Source: Vibrio pectenicida | Lineage (GTDB): Bacteria > Pseudomonadota > Gammaproteobacteria > Enterobacterales > Vibrionaceae | Direction: 5' to 3' (one strand) | DNA: 24,000 nt | Assembly: GCF_003937805.1 (NCBI RefSeq) | Contig: NZ_RSFA01000009.1 | Part shown: piece by piece, positions 23,358 through 24,000 of the stretch | Layout: every line of letters begins with the position of its first letter | Position numbering within the stretch: position 1 is the first letter of the stretch | Program-made: the position numbers and the translations under genes | Notes under the pieces: model-generated | The model's database searches: none | Told to the model about the DNA's origin: nothing | The model's input: the letters and a program-made list of their open reading frames with translations, nothing else

Positions 23358-24000
23358 GCTTGCTCTGCTGTTGAAATAAAATAGCATTCTTGGCTATTTT
23401 CTTGTAAGCAATCGAATACTAGCTGGTCTAATTTACCATCCTCAACCAAAGCACGTATAATTTGTAGAGCCTCATTAATAGTTAGACCCTGACGATATGG
23501 TCGAGATTGAGTCAAAGCTTGAAAAACATCGCCAATCGCAATAATTCGGCTCGGAAGATCAATATCATTCGCCGACTTTCCTAGCGGGTATCCAGAACCA
23601 TCAAGTCTTTCATGATGATTCGCAGCCCATTCAACAATCTGGCTTGACTGAAAAATATTCATCAAGGTATGCCGAGTATCTGTGGCATGACGTTTAATAC
23701 ACGCATATTCCTGTTTGGTTAAATCTGTCGGTTTATGAAGCACAACTGACGGGGTTTTCAATTTACCTATGTCGTGAACTAACCCAGCTAAATACAACAT
23801 ACGTTGTGCTTTAGCTGAAAAGCCGAGCTTTTTGCCAATAAAGGCGCTGAGGCGAGCGACTTTACGTGAGTGCTGGCAGGTGAAAGGGCTTTTGGTATCG
23901 ACAATCTCTGCAAAAAGTTCGGCGACTGAAATCGAGTTTTCTAACCCCATTCGCGCAGCAAAAAAAGGCACACTCGGGAAGCGACTCGCCATAGTCTCAA
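23342..24000 (-). CDS. HD-GYP domain protein (c-di-GMP phosphodiesterase family), probably truncated at its 5' end by the window edge
   Basis: HD motif VHDIGKLKTP and HHERLDGSGYPLG. The frame remains open upstream of the ATG at 23992 to nt 24000, so an N-terminal sensor or REC domain may lie outside the window. Confidence 0.85.
   Translation of the reverse strand, partial: ETMASRFPSVPFFAARMGLENSISVAELFAEIVDTKSPFTCQHSRKVARLSAFIGKKLGFSAKAQRMLYLAGLVHDIGKLKTPSVVLHKPTDLTKQEYACIKRHATDTRHTLMNIFQSSQIVEWAANHHERLDGSGYPLGKSANDIDLPSRIIAIGDVFQALTQSRPYRQGLTINEALQIIRALVEDGKLDQLVFDCLQENSQECYFISTAEQATASA

Noticed and set aside
1-24000. A scan for mobile elements, integron attC sites, CRISPR repeats, tRNA/rRNA and known multi-gene phage-defence operons.
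   Set aside because: I found no transposase, integrase or recombinase-like ORF, no regularly spaced short direct repeats, and no tRNA-like cloverleaf or rRNA-like segments. The only repeat structure is the intragenic PAS triplication.

Overview
This looks like a chromosomal segment of a low-GC marine gammaproteobacterium. The ChiA, UPF0319 and Lap gene content and layout look Vibrionaceae-like, but the taxon is inference. I saw no rRNA, tRNA, CRISPR array, transposase or integrase. Gene order is as follows. (1) The 3' end of an unknown ORF. (2) The nfsA nitroreductase. (3) An SgrR-family regulator, with an unannotated divergent small-ORF plus terminator unit in its upstream spacer. (4) An AT-rich orphan membrane protein. 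(5) A VOC/glyoxalase-fold protein. (6) A six-gene minus-strand operon: a stressosome-type partner-switching module (3xPAS-STAS RsbR, RsbS, RsbT kinase, RsbX-like PP2C), then a soluble hybrid histidine kinase (degenerate RsbT-like N-domain, HisKA, HATPase, REC, REC, Hpt), then a REC-HD-GYP c-di-GMP phosphodiesterase. (7) Divergent from that operon, a Lap-type adhesin secretion and control operon: lapC (HlyD-family adaptor), lapG (periplasmic Cys protease), lapD (degenerate GGDEF-EAL c-di-GMP receptor), lapB (ABC exporter). (8) ribA. (9) A multidomain GH18 chiA. (10) A yccT-like UPF0319 gene. (11) A second HD-GYP protein whose reading frame is still open at the window end. Main hypothesis (inference): a sigma-factor-independent stressosome drives a phosphorelay that activates c-di-GMP hydrolysis, which would switch LapD/LapG and release a large adhesin encoded elsewhere. 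All calls rest on motif reading of the supplied translations and on hand inspection of the DNA. No database search was possible.
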